This document shows, piece after piece, positions 14,300 through 14,894 of a DNA stretch of 14,894 nt. A program made the position numbers and the translations under genes. The stretch lies in assembly GCA_043803745.1 (NCBI GenBank), contig JAZDJS010000004.1, forward strand, positions 1 through 14,894, in the 5' to 3' direction. This stretch comes from an archaeon. Lineage in GTDB: Archaea > SpSt-1190 > DYHY01. The notes beneath the pieces are model-generated. The model was not told the DNA's origin, did no database searches, and saw only the letters and a program-made list of their open reading frames with translations. Within the stretch, counting starts at the first letter, position 1. Each line of letters starts with the position of its first letter.

Positions 14300-14894
14300 T
14301 TAAAAGGGTGTTTTTGTTAGCTTCCGGACAATTTGAATCGTTTCTGAAATATTTGGAACAACCCAATCGGCCCTTGAGAGGTCGTGCCCCCTGGCATGGG
14401 CGGACCTGACTGCGATGCAAGCCATCCCCGCCCTTTTGGCAGCTCGCACTCCTGAAACCGAATCCTCGATAGCAAAGCAGTCTTTCGGGTCAATTCCCAA
14501 CCTCTTCGCTGCCAGAAGATAGACTGCGGGGTCGGGCTTCCTTTTTTCCACCTCGTCCCCGCTGGCAATTGCCCGGATATACTTGAAGAACCCCTCGGCT
14601 TTCAGGTATTTCCTCACGTACCATTCCGGGGAAGATGAAGCAACAGCTATGGGGACCCCTCTTGCGGAAAGCGCTTTGACCAGCGAGAGGGCTCCGGGCA
14701 TTCTCGGGAGATGTCTGCGCCGTCTCAAGCCTTCCCAGACGCTGATGACGAACCGTTTCTCGTCCAGCCTAACGCCATAGTTGGAATGAATATAGTCCAA
14801 AACTCCCTTGTCGCCGGAGCCGGAAAAACTCCGGGCATCCTCTTTCGTAAGGGCCAAGCCGCAATCCGTTTTCACGTGCCGGAGGACCAGTTTT
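14300..14894 (-). CDS. HAD-superfamily hydrolase (HAD-IA, beta-PGM/CbbY-like), 5' truncated by the window edge
   Basis: Motif II AVASSS, motif III KPDP.VY, motif IV IEDS..GV.AA..AGM; the frame stays open to the window end, so motif I (DxD) probably lies outside. Confidence 0.9.
   Translation of the reverse strand, partial: KLVLRHVKTDCGLALTKEDARSFSGSGDKGVLDYIHSNYGVRLDEKRFVISVWEGLRRRRHLPRMPGALSLVKALSARGVPIAVASSSPEWYVRKYLKAEGFFKYIRAIASGDEVEKRKPDPAVYLLAAKRLGIDPKDCFAIEDSVSGVRAAKRAGMACIAVRSAHARGHDLSRADWVVPNISETIQIVRKLTKTPF

Overview
Archaeal chromosomal window, gene-dense and mostly on the minus strand. The archaeal call rests on a histone, MetAP2, PolB with a PIP box, CarS, Pth2, aRF1, archaeal-type ValRS and a tRNA-Gln with an A1-U72 pair; a DPANN-like lineage is only a guess. 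Other genes encode TsaC, a GxGD presenilin-like protease, a LysW-like Zn ribbon, a GT2 glycosyltransferase, a CDP-alcohol phosphatidyltransferase, a HAD phosphatase cut off by the window edge, and several ORFans. The most unusual feature is the non-coding stretch 8440-8840. There a genuine tRNA-Gln(UUG) sits within a roughly 96-nt periodic array of tRNA-derived units behind one TATA box. One upstream structured unit shares the tRNA 5' end. Two downstream 74-76-nt units share an acceptor-like stem and 3' end, are preceded by identical 20-nt linkers, and carry unique interiors with a covarying UGCA-tetraloop hairpin. Two ORFans 4.7 kb apart share an exact 17-bp / KVELAP segment and may be distant paralogs. 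All calls come from reading the sequence by eye; no searches were run.
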